Source of the DNA: Halarcobacter sp.
GTDB lineage: Bacteria > Campylobacterota > Campylobacteria > Campylobacterales > Arcobacteraceae
DNA: 64,000 nt
Direction of reading: 5' to 3'
Assembly: GCA_048571215.1 (NCBI GenBank)
Contig: CP182352.1
Coordinates: 1,280,001-1,344,000 of the forward strand
Below the pieces are notes generated by a model. The model worked only from the letters and a program-made list of their open reading frames with translations. It was not told where the DNA came from and did no database searches. The stretch's first letter is position 1; each line of letters opens with the position of its first letter. This document shows positions 39,202 to 48,801 of the stretch, in pieces. A program made the translations under genes and the position numbers.

Positions 39202-41781
39202 CTATAATATATTTTTAATTTCTTCATATTCTATAGAATTTCTATCGATTATATTTAACAATCTAGTCTTATCTATACTTTTAAACTTATCATTAGTATC
39301 AGTTATTATGCAATCTCCATATTCTGAATAAATAAGATTAGAAGTATGTCTTGATAAACCTAAGTTTTGTAAAATAATCATAATAGGACTTCTTGTCCCA
39401 TATTCTATAAATTGAGCCCAATTTACACCTGCATTATCTTCACCAAGTAACTCAACTAAAATAGAGTAATAATGTGTAAAATATTTCTCAAATGTAAATC
39501 TTAGTTTTCTTTCTATATTTTCTACTATTTCATTAATTAAAATATTTATGTGGTCTACACTATTATTAAATACTTCATATGTTTGCCAATCAACTTTAAC
39601 TGTAGCATTGTTTTCAAGATTCCATTTAATTGATTGATTTATAATTTGATTTAAGCTTTCACCATTAATCCATTGTGTGGCTAATAATGCATAATATCTC
39701 ATACTCTTTATTCCACCATTAAATTCCTCATGTTCATCCCACTTGTAGATATTATATAACCGTTCTAAAACTTTAAGCGTTGTTTCAAAATCTATAGTAG
39801 TAGGTAGTTTTATATTATTACCTTTTTCTAAATTAAATTTTATTATCTTAAAAACATCATTTTGAGAATTAATATTTATAGTTTGATTTGACTCTAAAAC
39901 AACAGTTGGTACTTCAACTTTATCAATTATTTCCTGAGCATATTTTAATATTTGAACTTTATTATTTTGAATCAATTTTTCTATAATTGGACTTTTATAT
40001 GTTGTTTTTAAATCTAAAGTATCAATACAAATCATATTAGCAATATATTTTAAAATCTTTTTTTCTTCTTTAGTCCCAGATATATCATTATCTTGTAATA
40101 ACTTTTCTATTTTTCTAATATTTCTATCTATTTTTTCATTAACTGTTGGCTTTAATTCTATTTCATTTTTTATCAATACTTCTTCTTTATTATCCCAAGT
40201 GTTTTCTTCATCACGAATACAAAATATATTTCCAGAAAGTTCTATTCCAAACCTACCAGCCCGACCAGCTAAATTCCAGAAATCAATTGGCTCAAACTTA
40301 GATAAACTTTTTTTATTACTTAAAATAATTACATTTTTAGCAGGAAGGTTAACCCCTTCTAAAAGTGTTGAAGTACAAAATACATACTTTAAAGCACCTT
40401 CTCTAAATAAATCTTCAATAATATTTCTCACTACTTGTGGCATATTACCAAAGTGATATCCAATTCCATACTCTAAAAAATCTACTAAGTAATAATCTTT
40501 ATGTATATGTAGTTTAATTTGTGCTATTGATAACTTAACTTTAGCTCTTAATTTATCAGACAAGATAGGTTTTATATCTTTTGTTTTAATAAAATCAAAA
40601 AAACCTTTTGCTTTTAAAATAGTTTTATTCTTAGAATTACAATAAATTAGATTATTATCATTTAACGTTATTTCATACAAAAAATCATTTATATTATTAA
40701 TCTTACTTAAAATATTCAAATATTGTTTTTCACTAGGATTATTATCCACAAAAAACAAAGAGTACTTTTCAATTAAATCTAAAAAAAATAAATTTTGATT
40801 TACAGATACTTCTTTTATCTGCTTATAGTTTTTCATAAATCCTCTACCAAACATATCTAAAAATATATTTGGATTTGAAACATTTGGGGAAGCAAAATAC
40901 AAATTTAGATTTGGATTTTTTTTCAAAAGCTTTTCAATTGCTAAATAGGAAGTTATACTTCTAGAGTCTTTATGAGATGCAATTTTATGAGCCTCGTCAA
41001 CAAATAAAAATCCAATAGGTGGATTTTCTAAAGAAGAAATATAACTTAAAATTCTCTCAGGAGTTAAAACTAAAATATAATTATTTAAAATGTTATCATC
41101 ATGTACAATAGTTGAATTAGTTAAAAGTTTATAATTATGTTGTTCAATTATATTATGTAATTCTGCTTTTATATCTATTACAAATTGATTTATAAGTGCC
41201 CTTGTGGGAACCATTATAATAATATTTTCAGGTGGTTTATTTTGCATAACTTTATGTAAAAAAGATTTCAATATAAAAGATTTCCCCATAGATGTAGGAG
41301 CAGAGAAACTAAACATTTTTGCATTACTAATATTTTTGAATAATTCATATTGAGTATCTGTAAAAATATACTTTTCATTAAAAGGAACAATTTGTATTTC
41401 TTTTTTTATTTGAGACTCAATATTTCTTTCTGTAGGTAAATTAAAATTAAATTTTTGATTTAAAAATTGTTGAATTGAATAAAAAGAACCAAGTTTAGTT
41501 AAAACAGCCAAAGCAAATTTGTTATATTGTTCATCTTCTTTGAATTTTTCATACATTAAGCTAACAATTTTTAATGAAATGTTTCTAAACTCTGATTCTT
41601 CACTACATGACATTATATCTGCAAATCTATATAAATGTGAAATTTCAAGCTGTGTTAAAACTTCAACATCAGATTCTTTAAATATAGTTTTAAAATTTAT
41701 CTCTGTTAATTTAAAAATTAGTTCATTTAAATATCCATCTTCTAATGCATCTTGTGATAATTTACTATAAATACTATCCAT
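39202..41781 (-). CDS. hamB: Hachiman helicase HamB (Ski2-like SF2)
   Basis: SAPTSMGKS, DEAH, CTSTLLEGVNLPAK, NLAGRAGR; overlaps DUF1837-like gene by 8 bp. Confidence 0.85.
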   Translation of the reverse strand: MDSIYSKLSQDALEDGYLNELIFKLTEINFKTIFKESDVEVLTQLEISHLYRFADIMSCSEESEFRNISLKIVSLMYEKFKEDEQYNKFALAVLTKLGSFYSIQQFLNQKFNFNLPTERNIESQIKKEIQIVPFNEKYIFTDTQYELFKNISNAKMFSFSAPTSMGKSFILKSFLHKVMQNKPPENIIIMVPTRALINQFVIDIKAELHNIIEQHNYKLLTNSTIVHDDNILNNYILVLTPERILSYISSLENPPIGFLFVDEAHKIASHKDSRSITSYLAIEKLLKKNPNLNLYFASPNVSNPNIFLDMFGRGFMKNYKQIKEVSVNQNLFFLDLIEKYSLFFVDNNPSEKQYLNILSKINNINDFLYEITLNDNNLIYCNSKNKTILKAKGFFDFIKTKDIKPILSDKLRAKVKLSIAQIKLHIHKDYYLVDFLEYGIGYHFGNMPQVVRNIIEDLFREGALKYVFCTSTLLEGVNLPAKNVIILSNKKSLSKFEPIDFWNLAGRAGRFGIELSGNIFCIRDEENTWDNKEEVLIKNEIELKPTVNEKIDRNIRKIEKLLQDNDISGTKEEKKILKYIANMICIDTLDLKTTYKSPIIEKLIQNNKVQILKYAQEIIDKVEVPTVVLESNQTININSQNDVFKIIKFNLEKGNNIKLPTTIDFETTLKVLERLYNIYKWDEHEEFNGGIKSMRYYALLATQWINGESLNQIINQSIKWNLENNATVKVDWQTYEVFNNSVDHINILINEIVENIERKLRFTFEKYFTHYYSILVELLGEDNAGVNWAQFIEYGTRSPIMIILQNLGLSRHTSNLIYSEYGDCIITDTNDKFKSIDKTRLLNIIDRNSIEYEEIKNIL

Positions 41782-42658
41782 TTACTAATCTTTCAATCAT
41801 ATTTTTTCTTGTTTCTTCAATTTTATTAATAGGCATAGTATATATATAGAAATCATAGCCTTTTAAATTTTCTTTTTTAAGTTGATTATTTATACTATCA
41901 ATACTTGCTAACACTATTTCTTCAATCTCTTCTTTAATTTTTTTTCTTGCTTCATCACCCTTTAAGGTACCGTCAAAGTTATAATCAAACCCTAAAAATA
42001 TGCCAAAAGCATTGTCTAAACTAATATTGCTTGAAACTCTTTTTTTAGGTAAAAGAATAGTTTTTAGCATCTCATAATCTTCATCTTTAAAAGCTTCTTT
42101 AGATAGGTTTGCATTAATTAAACTTTCATCAAAAGTATCCTGCTTTTTTTCTAAAAACTCTATAATTGATCCAAAAGCTTTATATATTGCGCCTTTTAAG
42201 TCTCCATATAATTTAGATTCACCAAATAGTAATTGATGTGTTGTTTCGTTTATTTTTAATAAATGTACACCATCTGAACCTTTTATATAATCATTATTAG
42301 ATGTTTTAAGCTCATATTTTGACAAAATTTTCGGAGCTTTTAAATGAGCTTCTAAAAAACAATACAATAAAACTTCTCCTAGTTCACCCTCATTAGAAGT
42401 ATATTTTCTAAATCGTTTTCTAGCTTCTCTAGATTTTTTACCACCATACTTGTCACCCATATTTTCAATTTGTTGCCTTGATAAAATGAATGGTATTATA
42501 TGATCATCAAGCTCATCTGCTAAAGAATCAACATTAAACATAGTATTTTTTATTTCTAAAGAAAATAAATTTAATTTATTTTGATTTTCTAATTTATAAT
42601 CTTTTATAACATGATAAAATAAGTCTAAGAAATCACATTTTATATCGGTCTTTAACAT
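41774..42658 (-). CDS. hamA: Hachiman HamA (DUF1837-like nuclease)
   Basis: GELGEVLLYCFLE, SKYELKT, GSDGVH, GESKLY. Confidence 0.85.
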   Translation of the reverse strand: MLKTDIKCDFLDLFYHVIKDYKLENQNKLNLFSLEIKNTMFNVDSLADELDDHIIPFILSRQQIENMGDKYGGKKSREARKRFRKYTSNEGELGEVLLYCFLEAHLKAPKILSKYELKTSNNDYIKGSDGVHLLKINETTHQLLFGESKLYGDLKGAIYKAFGSIIEFLEKKQDTFDESLINANLSKEAFKDEDYEMLKTILLPKKRVSSNISLDNAFGIFLGFDYNFDGTLKGDEARKKIKEEIEEIVLASIDSINNQLKKENLKGYDFYIYTMPINKIEETRKNMIERLVNG

Positions 42659-42704
42659 AAATAATACTCCTAATAATATAAATACTTTTCAATCAAAATT
42701 TTAT

Positions 42705-44078
42705 TTAAGAAAAAGGAAGGTACTCTTCTTCAATATTTGATATGTGATTTATAAAATCATTATATGTATAATCTCTAGGATAATAACTAAATGATTTTAA
42801 ATCAAAATAATCATCTTTAGACATAAAATTTTTACCTATTTCTATAGATAATTGTTTAGCTTTTTCATAGTTTATCTCTGAAGATAAATTTAAATTAGTT
42901 ATACAATTATCTTCAATTTTTCCATTTAAAGATGATGCACCATACTTTTCTATTTCCTTCAAAAAATCAACGGTATATTTATCTGAGCCATAAATTAGTG
43001 TTGGATACACAGATAAGCCTTTAAAATACTTTTTATTATTTTCTAAAAAATCAATTGTTTCATTTAATGTTTCTTCTGTCTCACCAGGATAAAGTAAAAC
43101 ATTTACTTTTACCCAAATTCCATATTTAAAACAAAGCCTTATGAATTGCTGTGCTTTTTCTAAATATTTTAATGGATTATTTGTTTTTTGCATTCTTTTT
43201 AATTGTATATGACTTGCAGACTCTAAACCAAGATCAATTACTTTTAATCCACTAAGAGCTAATAATTTAATACTTTCTTCATTTAAATTAATATCTGCTC
43301 TAGTTTCACAACGCCATTGGTTTTTTAAATTATACTTATTATACAACTCATAAAATTCATTAATCCAGTTTTTTTTAGGTTTAAAGATTGATGATTCAAA
43401 ATAAAATTGGATATTTTTATCATTATATACTTTGCTTATTTCTTGGATTTCATTTACTAATTTTTCTGGCGATTTCATATTTGATACAAGAACATTTTTA
43501 TCAGCACAAAATCCACAACCCATGCCACAACCACGTGAAAGTTCAATTGAAGGCAAGATAGTTTTATAACTATCTAATAATGAATAATCCAATTTATTAA
43601 ATAATTGACTTTTTTCAGGTAAAGAAGCATTAATATATTCAGGTATGCCGCTTTGTTCTTTATTTTTTAATACTTCAGTCAATATACTTTCTGCTTGTCC
43701 ATTTACAATTATATCTACATCTTTAAAAGTTTTTAATGCCCAACTTTTATTAGATAATACCCATCTACCACCAAGTATAATTTTACAATTTAATTGAAAA
43801 CGTACTAGCTTTATAAATTCAATTCCCCAAGAAACTGCAAAAAAACTTGGTATAGAAATTAATATAGTATTATTTTGATTTCTATATTTTTTTAGCAACA
43901 ACTCAATTAACTTTTCAGGTGTAAAAAGTTCCCCTTGATAAACGATAACATTGTTTTCTGCACTTTTTAGTATTGTAGCAAGTCCTAATATCGCATAATT
44001 AAGATACACATGATTTTCTTGATGTTTTTTCTTTTTTTTAAGCATACCAGCTGAAATAAAAATATAATTATTATTCAT
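42705..44078 (-). CDS. Radical SAM protein with N-terminal B12-binding-like domain
   Basis: LGLATIL, IILGG, VNGQAE, ELSRGCGMGCGFC, ETRAD, LGLESAS, YPGET. Confidence 0.82.
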   Translation of the reverse strand: MNNNYIFISAGMLKKKKKHQENHVYLNYAILGLATILKSAENNVIVYQGELFTPEKLIELLLKKYRNQNNTILISIPSFFAVSWGIEFIKLVRFQLNCKIILGGRWVLSNKSWALKTFKDVDIIVNGQAESILTEVLKNKEQSGIPEYINASLPEKSQLFNKLDYSLLDSYKTILPSIELSRGCGMGCGFCADKNVLVSNMKSPEKLVNEIQEISKVYNDKNIQFYFESSIFKPKKNWINEFYELYNKYNLKNQWRCETRADINLNEESIKLLALSGLKVIDLGLESASHIQLKRMQKTNNPLKYLEKAQQFIRLCFKYGIWVKVNVLLYPGETEETLNETIDFLENNKKYFKGLSVYPTLIYGSDKYTVDFLKEIEKYGASSLNGKIEDNCITNLNLSSEINYEKAKQLSIEIGKNFMSKDDYFDLKSFSYYPRDYTYNDFINHISNIEEEYLPFS

Positions 44079-44601
44079 CAGGTTTTCCTATAATATTTAA
44101 TATATACTCCAAACTACTTTCAAAATCTGATATATCAACTTTATGGTATTTAATCTCATTTTTTTGAAACAATTCTAAAATATAATTATCAACATTTTTA
44201 TTTGACTCTTTATCTTTAGATCTATAACCATCATAAGTAAAAGGAATTCGCCCAATTGGTAAATAAAATATAAAATCATATATTTCCATATTTTTTAAAT
44301 ATATATTGAATAATTCTTTATCATCTACATTTCTATTAAATATATAAGCTATTGCATCTATGTATGTTCTATCCGTTATAAAGTGTTCGATAGATTTTTC
44401 ATTCTTTAACTTTTCATTTAACCAAATTTTCTGAAACTCAAGAAACTCTTTTTTATTAAGGTCATCAATATTTGTATGATTTAAATCATCAATTATTTTT
44501 CGAGAATCAACATTTATATACTTTAAAAGAAGTTTTTCCTCTAATGCCTTAGCTAATGTAGTTTTGCCAGTTGAACTAGCGCCAGAAAAAGCTATTTTCA
44601 T
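44071..44601 (-). CDS. P-loop nucleotide kinase-like protein (AAA_28/NadR-type)
   Basis: IAFSGASSTGKTTL, ITDRTYID, YDFIFYLP...DGYR. Confidence 0.75.
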   Translation of the reverse strand: MKIAFSGASSTGKTTLAKALEEKLLLKYINVDSRKIIDDLNHTNIDDLNKKEFLEFQKIWLNEKLKNEKSIEHFITDRTYIDAIAYIFNRNVDDKELFNIYLKNMEIYDFIFYLPIGRIPFTYDGYRSKDKESNKNVDNYILELFQKNEIKYHKVDISDFESSLEYILNIIGKPDE

Positions 44602-46319
44602 TTATTATCCATTGCTTTTATTTCATCTTTTCTACAAATAATTGGGACATATAACTTAAAATATGCAGAACCAATAACACCAGAAAACATATCAAAGATA
44701 GGCCAATTTTCTTCAATTCCAGCATTTAATGTGTGACTTATAGATATATCAGGATATGCATCAATGTAAACAACTCTTTTCATTTTTAATTGCATCGTTT
44801 TTTTCGCACATAATTGACAAGGAGAATCTGTAGTATAAAGAGTTCCATTGATTACACTTTCTCCACCAGACTTTGAGATTTGAAGAAAAGCATTTTCTTC
44901 TGCATGTAATGCTCTTTCTCTAGTAGGATTTTTAAACTTTGCCTTATCAAGAATTTGATAAACTATATCCTCTTGAATTCCTTCTTGCTTAATTTTTTTA
45001 GCTTTATCAATTAGTTCAATTTCAGCTTGTTTATCTTTAAAACAAAAAGGTAAAAATCTTTTTTCTTTATCAGCATAATAATTTTTTATAAATTTGTTAA
45101 ACTTAGTTGATCGTTCATATTTACTAAAAACCATATTCCCACTTGCATTTATTAATTGTTCAGGTGTTCTATATAAACATGGTATGTGATTTTCAGGTGT
45201 ATCATTCCAACCAAATCCTCTTAAATAACCATCTTCTCCTACCACTACTGCACCTACTTGTCTTGATATACATCCAGAATTATATCTTGCAGTAAAAGCT
45301 ACTTGCATAAACCTTTCATCATCATTTGGAGTAAATAAACCTGGTTTTCTGATTAATGCTATATATTTCACTAATTGTTTTTCCAATATAGTAGAATCAT
45401 CTTTATCATTATTAATAAATATATCGCCTTTTCCAATACAAGTATTTATTGCTTGTGATTCAATTCCGTTATCATTTGTTTCAAACTCTATAATATCTTT
45501 TAGGTTTTCAGGAGTTAACTCAAATGAGTTTTCAATTCTATTTTTTCTTGTCTCTTCACTTGCCATAATAGAAAAAAGATAAAAAGACTGATATCTATTT
45601 CTAAAAAATTCTATTTCAAAAATATTGCGCAATGCATCTACTATAAAAAAGTCTTTTTTCCCCTCATCTTTGTTTTCTTTTCTAACTAATTTTATAACCC
45701 TACGAATAATTTCAGGGATTATAAAAATATTTAAATCTTTTTCATCTTCCAAATTTATTAATGATGATATTTTACTTTTACTACTTTTAAGTATTTTGCC
45801 TTCATTTCTCACATTCTTACCAATTTCTTGAAATAGAGGTGTATATTTTGGGTTTGACTTATCAATATACTTGTTTATATATTCATTTGTTTTAGAAAGA
45901 ATATCTTTGAAATCTTTTGTATCGTAAGTGCTATAATTTTTTAGTATATCTATAAAACTACTAGATAAGTCTTTTATATCCTGTAAAGTATCTTTATCTT
46001 TAAAAATATCTTTATACTCATCTACATTTTTAAGGTCATTTACAAAAAATAAAAATAGTAAATCTGAAACTCTAATATGAAAAAACTCATTCCAATCATT
46101 ATTTTCATAAAAATATTTAACATTTTGAACTTTTCTATATTCTAAATCAAATTCTTCTTTAGCTCCAGAATCTAAAATACTATTTATATCTATCTTAGTA
46201 ATATTTTTTGATAAAAATTTAGCAGTTTCAGTGCACCCGCTACCTAATGCTCCTGTTAAACCAACTATTATAAATTCACTTCTTAAATTTTTCAAAATAG
46301 TTTGAATATCATTTTTCAC
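44598..46319 (-). CDS. Anti-phage-type dCTP deaminase (P-loop kinase domain + Zn deaminase; AvcD/Dcd-like)
   Basis: IVGLTGALGSGCT, SGCISRQVGAVV, GWND, LHAEENA, SPCQLC. Confidence 0.88.
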   Translation of the reverse strand: MKNDIQTILKNLRSEFIIVGLTGALGSGCTETAKFLSKNITKIDINSILDSGAKEEFDLEYRKVQNVKYFYENNDWNEFFHIRVSDLLFLFFVNDLKNVDEYKDIFKDKDTLQDIKDLSSSFIDILKNYSTYDTKDFKDILSKTNEYINKYIDKSNPKYTPLFQEIGKNVRNEGKILKSSKSKISSLINLEDEKDLNIFIIPEIIRRVIKLVRKENKDEGKKDFFIVDALRNIFEIEFFRNRYQSFYLFSIMASEETRKNRIENSFELTPENLKDIIEFETNDNGIESQAINTCIGKGDIFINNDKDDSTILEKQLVKYIALIRKPGLFTPNDDERFMQVAFTARYNSGCISRQVGAVVVGEDGYLRGFGWNDTPENHIPCLYRTPEQLINASGNMVFSKYERSTKFNKFIKNYYADKEKRFLPFCFKDKQAEIELIDKAKKIKQEGIQEDIVYQILDKAKFKNPTRERALHAEENAFLQISKSGGESVINGTLYTTDSPCQLCAKKTMQLKMKRVVYIDAYPDISISHTLNAGIEENWPIFDMFSGVIGSAYFKLYVPIICRKDEIKAMDNK

Positions 46320-46428
46320 TTACAACTCCTTCTAATCAAAATTTAACCCACTCGTCCCATCACCCTTAGGTTCAACCTTTATCTGCAATAGAACTCTTTT
46401 CTTTGTGCTTCCACATGGGAAATCACAC

Positions 46429-48801
46429 CTATAACTCTACAACATGTTCAAACATCTCCTTTATCTCCAACTCATGACTTATCAAAAATATCTGCCTATA
46501 CTGCTCTTTTATCATATGAAAGGCTTCTAGTATCTCCATTCTTCTTGCCTCGTCTTGGCTTCCGAATACTTCATCGAAGGCTAGGAAGCCTATTTGTGAG
46601 CTTCCGCTTAGTTCGCTTAGGGTTTTTGATATGGCGATTCGTAGAACTAGGTTTGCTAGGTCTATTTCTCCACCTGAGAATCTCTCTATTGGGTACTTTT
46701 TACCTTCATCGTAGATATAAAAGTCGAAGTCGTTTGATACTTCTATGTGTTGGTATTTGCCTTTTGTGATTTGGGCGTACATGTTTGAGGCTATGTCGGA
46801 TATTCTTGGGGCTACTTTTGAGTTTAGTTTTGTTTTAAATTCACTTAGGCTTAGCTTGATTTTGTCGTAGCCGATTAGGTCGTCTTTTTTTGTTTGTACT
46901 TTTTTTAGTTGGATTTCGTTGTTATCTAGACTTGATTGGATGGTTTTTATTTCACCTTCACATTGGGCTATTTTGACTTTGATTTCATTTACTTGACCTA
47001 CTTTTAACTCATAAGTTTGATGGTGTTCTTCGTACTCTTTTTGTTTGGCTGTGTGTGCTGTTTCATCGTAGGCTATTTGTTTGTAGTCTATCTCTTTTGT
47101 ATCGTAAGTGCTATTTTGCTCTGTGATTTTTTTGCTGATATTTTCTAGGTCTTGTTTTACACTATCATATCTTTTTAGCATGGTTTCTAATGATTTCATT
47201 TGTTCGTATTTTGGTTGGATTTCATTGAAACTATTTTCTAATTTTTTATGTTTGTTTTCATCGTAACTATATTTATCTAGTTTGGCTATTTCGTCGTTGT
47301 TTTCTTTGCCTTTTTGCTCTACCTTGTTTAGATGGCTTGATAGGTTTTGTAAATCTTTTTGTTTACTGTTTATAAGAGCTAGTTGTGAGTTTAGTTCACT
47401 TTGGGTTTTATCTATTTGCTCTTTTTGGGTTTCTATTGTTTTTTTATTTGTCTCTACTTCTTGTAGTTCTATATTTAGCTTTGTGATTTTGTTTGTTTGT
47501 ATTTCATTTATGGTTGAGTTTAGTGAGCCTATTACATTGTCGTACTCTTCTAAAAGTGGTCTTGTACAGGTTGGGCAGTTGGATTCTTTGCCTAGGGCTT
47601 GGATTTGTTGTATTTTTGCTGTGGTGTCGTTTATCACTCTTTGTTCTGCAAAGATATTTGAGTTTAGCTCTTTTTCTTTTGTTTGTATTTGAGTTAGGGT
47701 TTGTTTGATTTGCTCTTGTTGGGTTTTTGTTTCTTGCTTTTTTTGTTTTAGTGCCTCAAAACCTTCACACTCTTTTTGTAAGATGGCTATGTCATTTTTG
47801 GCTTTTTTGTATTGCTCTCTTAATTGAACTTGTTCTTTTATCAAGCCCTCTTTTTTTAGGCTGTATTCTTTTAGTTGTATTTGCTCTTTTAGACTTGTTT
47901 GTAGGGTTTCATACTCTTTTTTTATAGGCTCTAAGGCTTTATATTGGAGTTGTTTTTCTTCTAGGTCTTTTAGCTCGGTTGAGAGTTTGTTTTGGTTTTC
48001 TATATTTGAGTTGATACTATTTTTTAGAAGATTTAGTTCGCTTAGGGCTTTTTGTTTTGCCTCTTTTGTTTTAGCAAAACTTTCTAGCTCTTTTTTTATC
48101 TCTAGCTCTTTTAGTTTTAGACTATTTATTTGTTTGCTTTGGGTTTGTAGCTCTTTATTTAGAGTTTTTTTGATGGCTTCATTTGATTTTATTTGTTCTT
48201 TTTTTATTTGTATATCTTCTGCGCTTAAAAGCACTTCTGCAAAGGCTGAAATCTCTCTTTTTAGTTCCCTGCTCTTTTCTATGAGTTCTTTTTCTATGTA
48301 GTCGATTTTTTCTAAACCTAAGAGCTTTCTTATCATTCTTTTTCTATCTTCTAGTTTGCTATTACTTAGACTTGTAAGCTCTTTTTGGCTGGCAAATAAT
48401 GTATGTAAAAAGGCTTCTTTATTCATCTTTGTTAGTTTCATGATACTTGTAGTTACTTCTTTGGCACCACTTGTTATTAGTTCACCGTTTTTATAAAGTT
48501 TGGCATTGGCACTAAGTGCCTTTCCTCTAAACTCTCGTACTACTTTATACTCAATTGAGTCAAATTCAAAGTCTAGTTCTACTAATACCACATCTTTTGT
48601 AGTGGCATTGGCATTTCGCACAATCTCTTTATAACCTCTATCTTTAAACTCCCCATAAAGTGCAAAAAGTATCGCTTCGAAGATAGTGGATTTACCACTT
48701 CCATTTTTACCTATGATTCCAACTAATCCCTCATCAAAATCTAGTTCGAAAGTTTTGTATCGTTTGAAGTTTTCAAGTTTTAGCTTACAAAGTATCATCA
48801 T
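46429..48801 (-). CDS. sbcC: Rad50/SbcC-like SMC ATPase
   Basis: GKNGSGKST, coiled coil with CPTC zinc hook, FSGGE signature, AFDE, LISH. Confidence 0.88.
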   Translation of the reverse strand: MMILCKLKLENFKRYKTFELDFDEGLVGIIGKNGSGKSTIFEAILFALYGEFKDRGYKEIVRNANATTKDVVLVELDFEFDSIEYKVVREFRGKALSANAKLYKNGELITSGAKEVTTSIMKLTKMNKEAFLHTLFASQKELTSLSNSKLEDRKRMIRKLLGLEKIDYIEKELIEKSRELKREISAFAEVLLSAEDIQIKKEQIKSNEAIKKTLNKELQTQSKQINSLKLKELEIKKELESFAKTKEAKQKALSELNLLKNSINSNIENQNKLSTELKDLEEKQLQYKALEPIKKEYETLQTSLKEQIQLKEYSLKKEGLIKEQVQLREQYKKAKNDIAILQKECEGFEALKQKKQETKTQQEQIKQTLTQIQTKEKELNSNIFAEQRVINDTTAKIQQIQALGKESNCPTCTRPLLEEYDNVIGSLNSTINEIQTNKITKLNIELQEVETNKKTIETQKEQIDKTQSELNSQLALINSKQKDLQNLSSHLNKVEQKGKENNDEIAKLDKYSYDENKHKKLENSFNEIQPKYEQMKSLETMLKRYDSVKQDLENISKKITEQNSTYDTKEIDYKQIAYDETAHTAKQKEYEEHHQTYELKVGQVNEIKVKIAQCEGEIKTIQSSLDNNEIQLKKVQTKKDDLIGYDKIKLSLSEFKTKLNSKVAPRISDIASNMYAQITKGKYQHIEVSNDFDFYIYDEGKKYPIERFSGGEIDLANLVLRIAISKTLSELSGSSQIGFLAFDEVFGSQDEARRMEILEAFHMIKEQYRQIFLISHELEIKEMFEHVVEL

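Noticed and set aside
42705..44078. Calling the radical SAM gene a prokaryotic viperin
   Set aside because: It has a B12-binding-like N-terminus and SRGC/GLES motifs of class B enzymes, not the viperin CNYxCxFC pattern.
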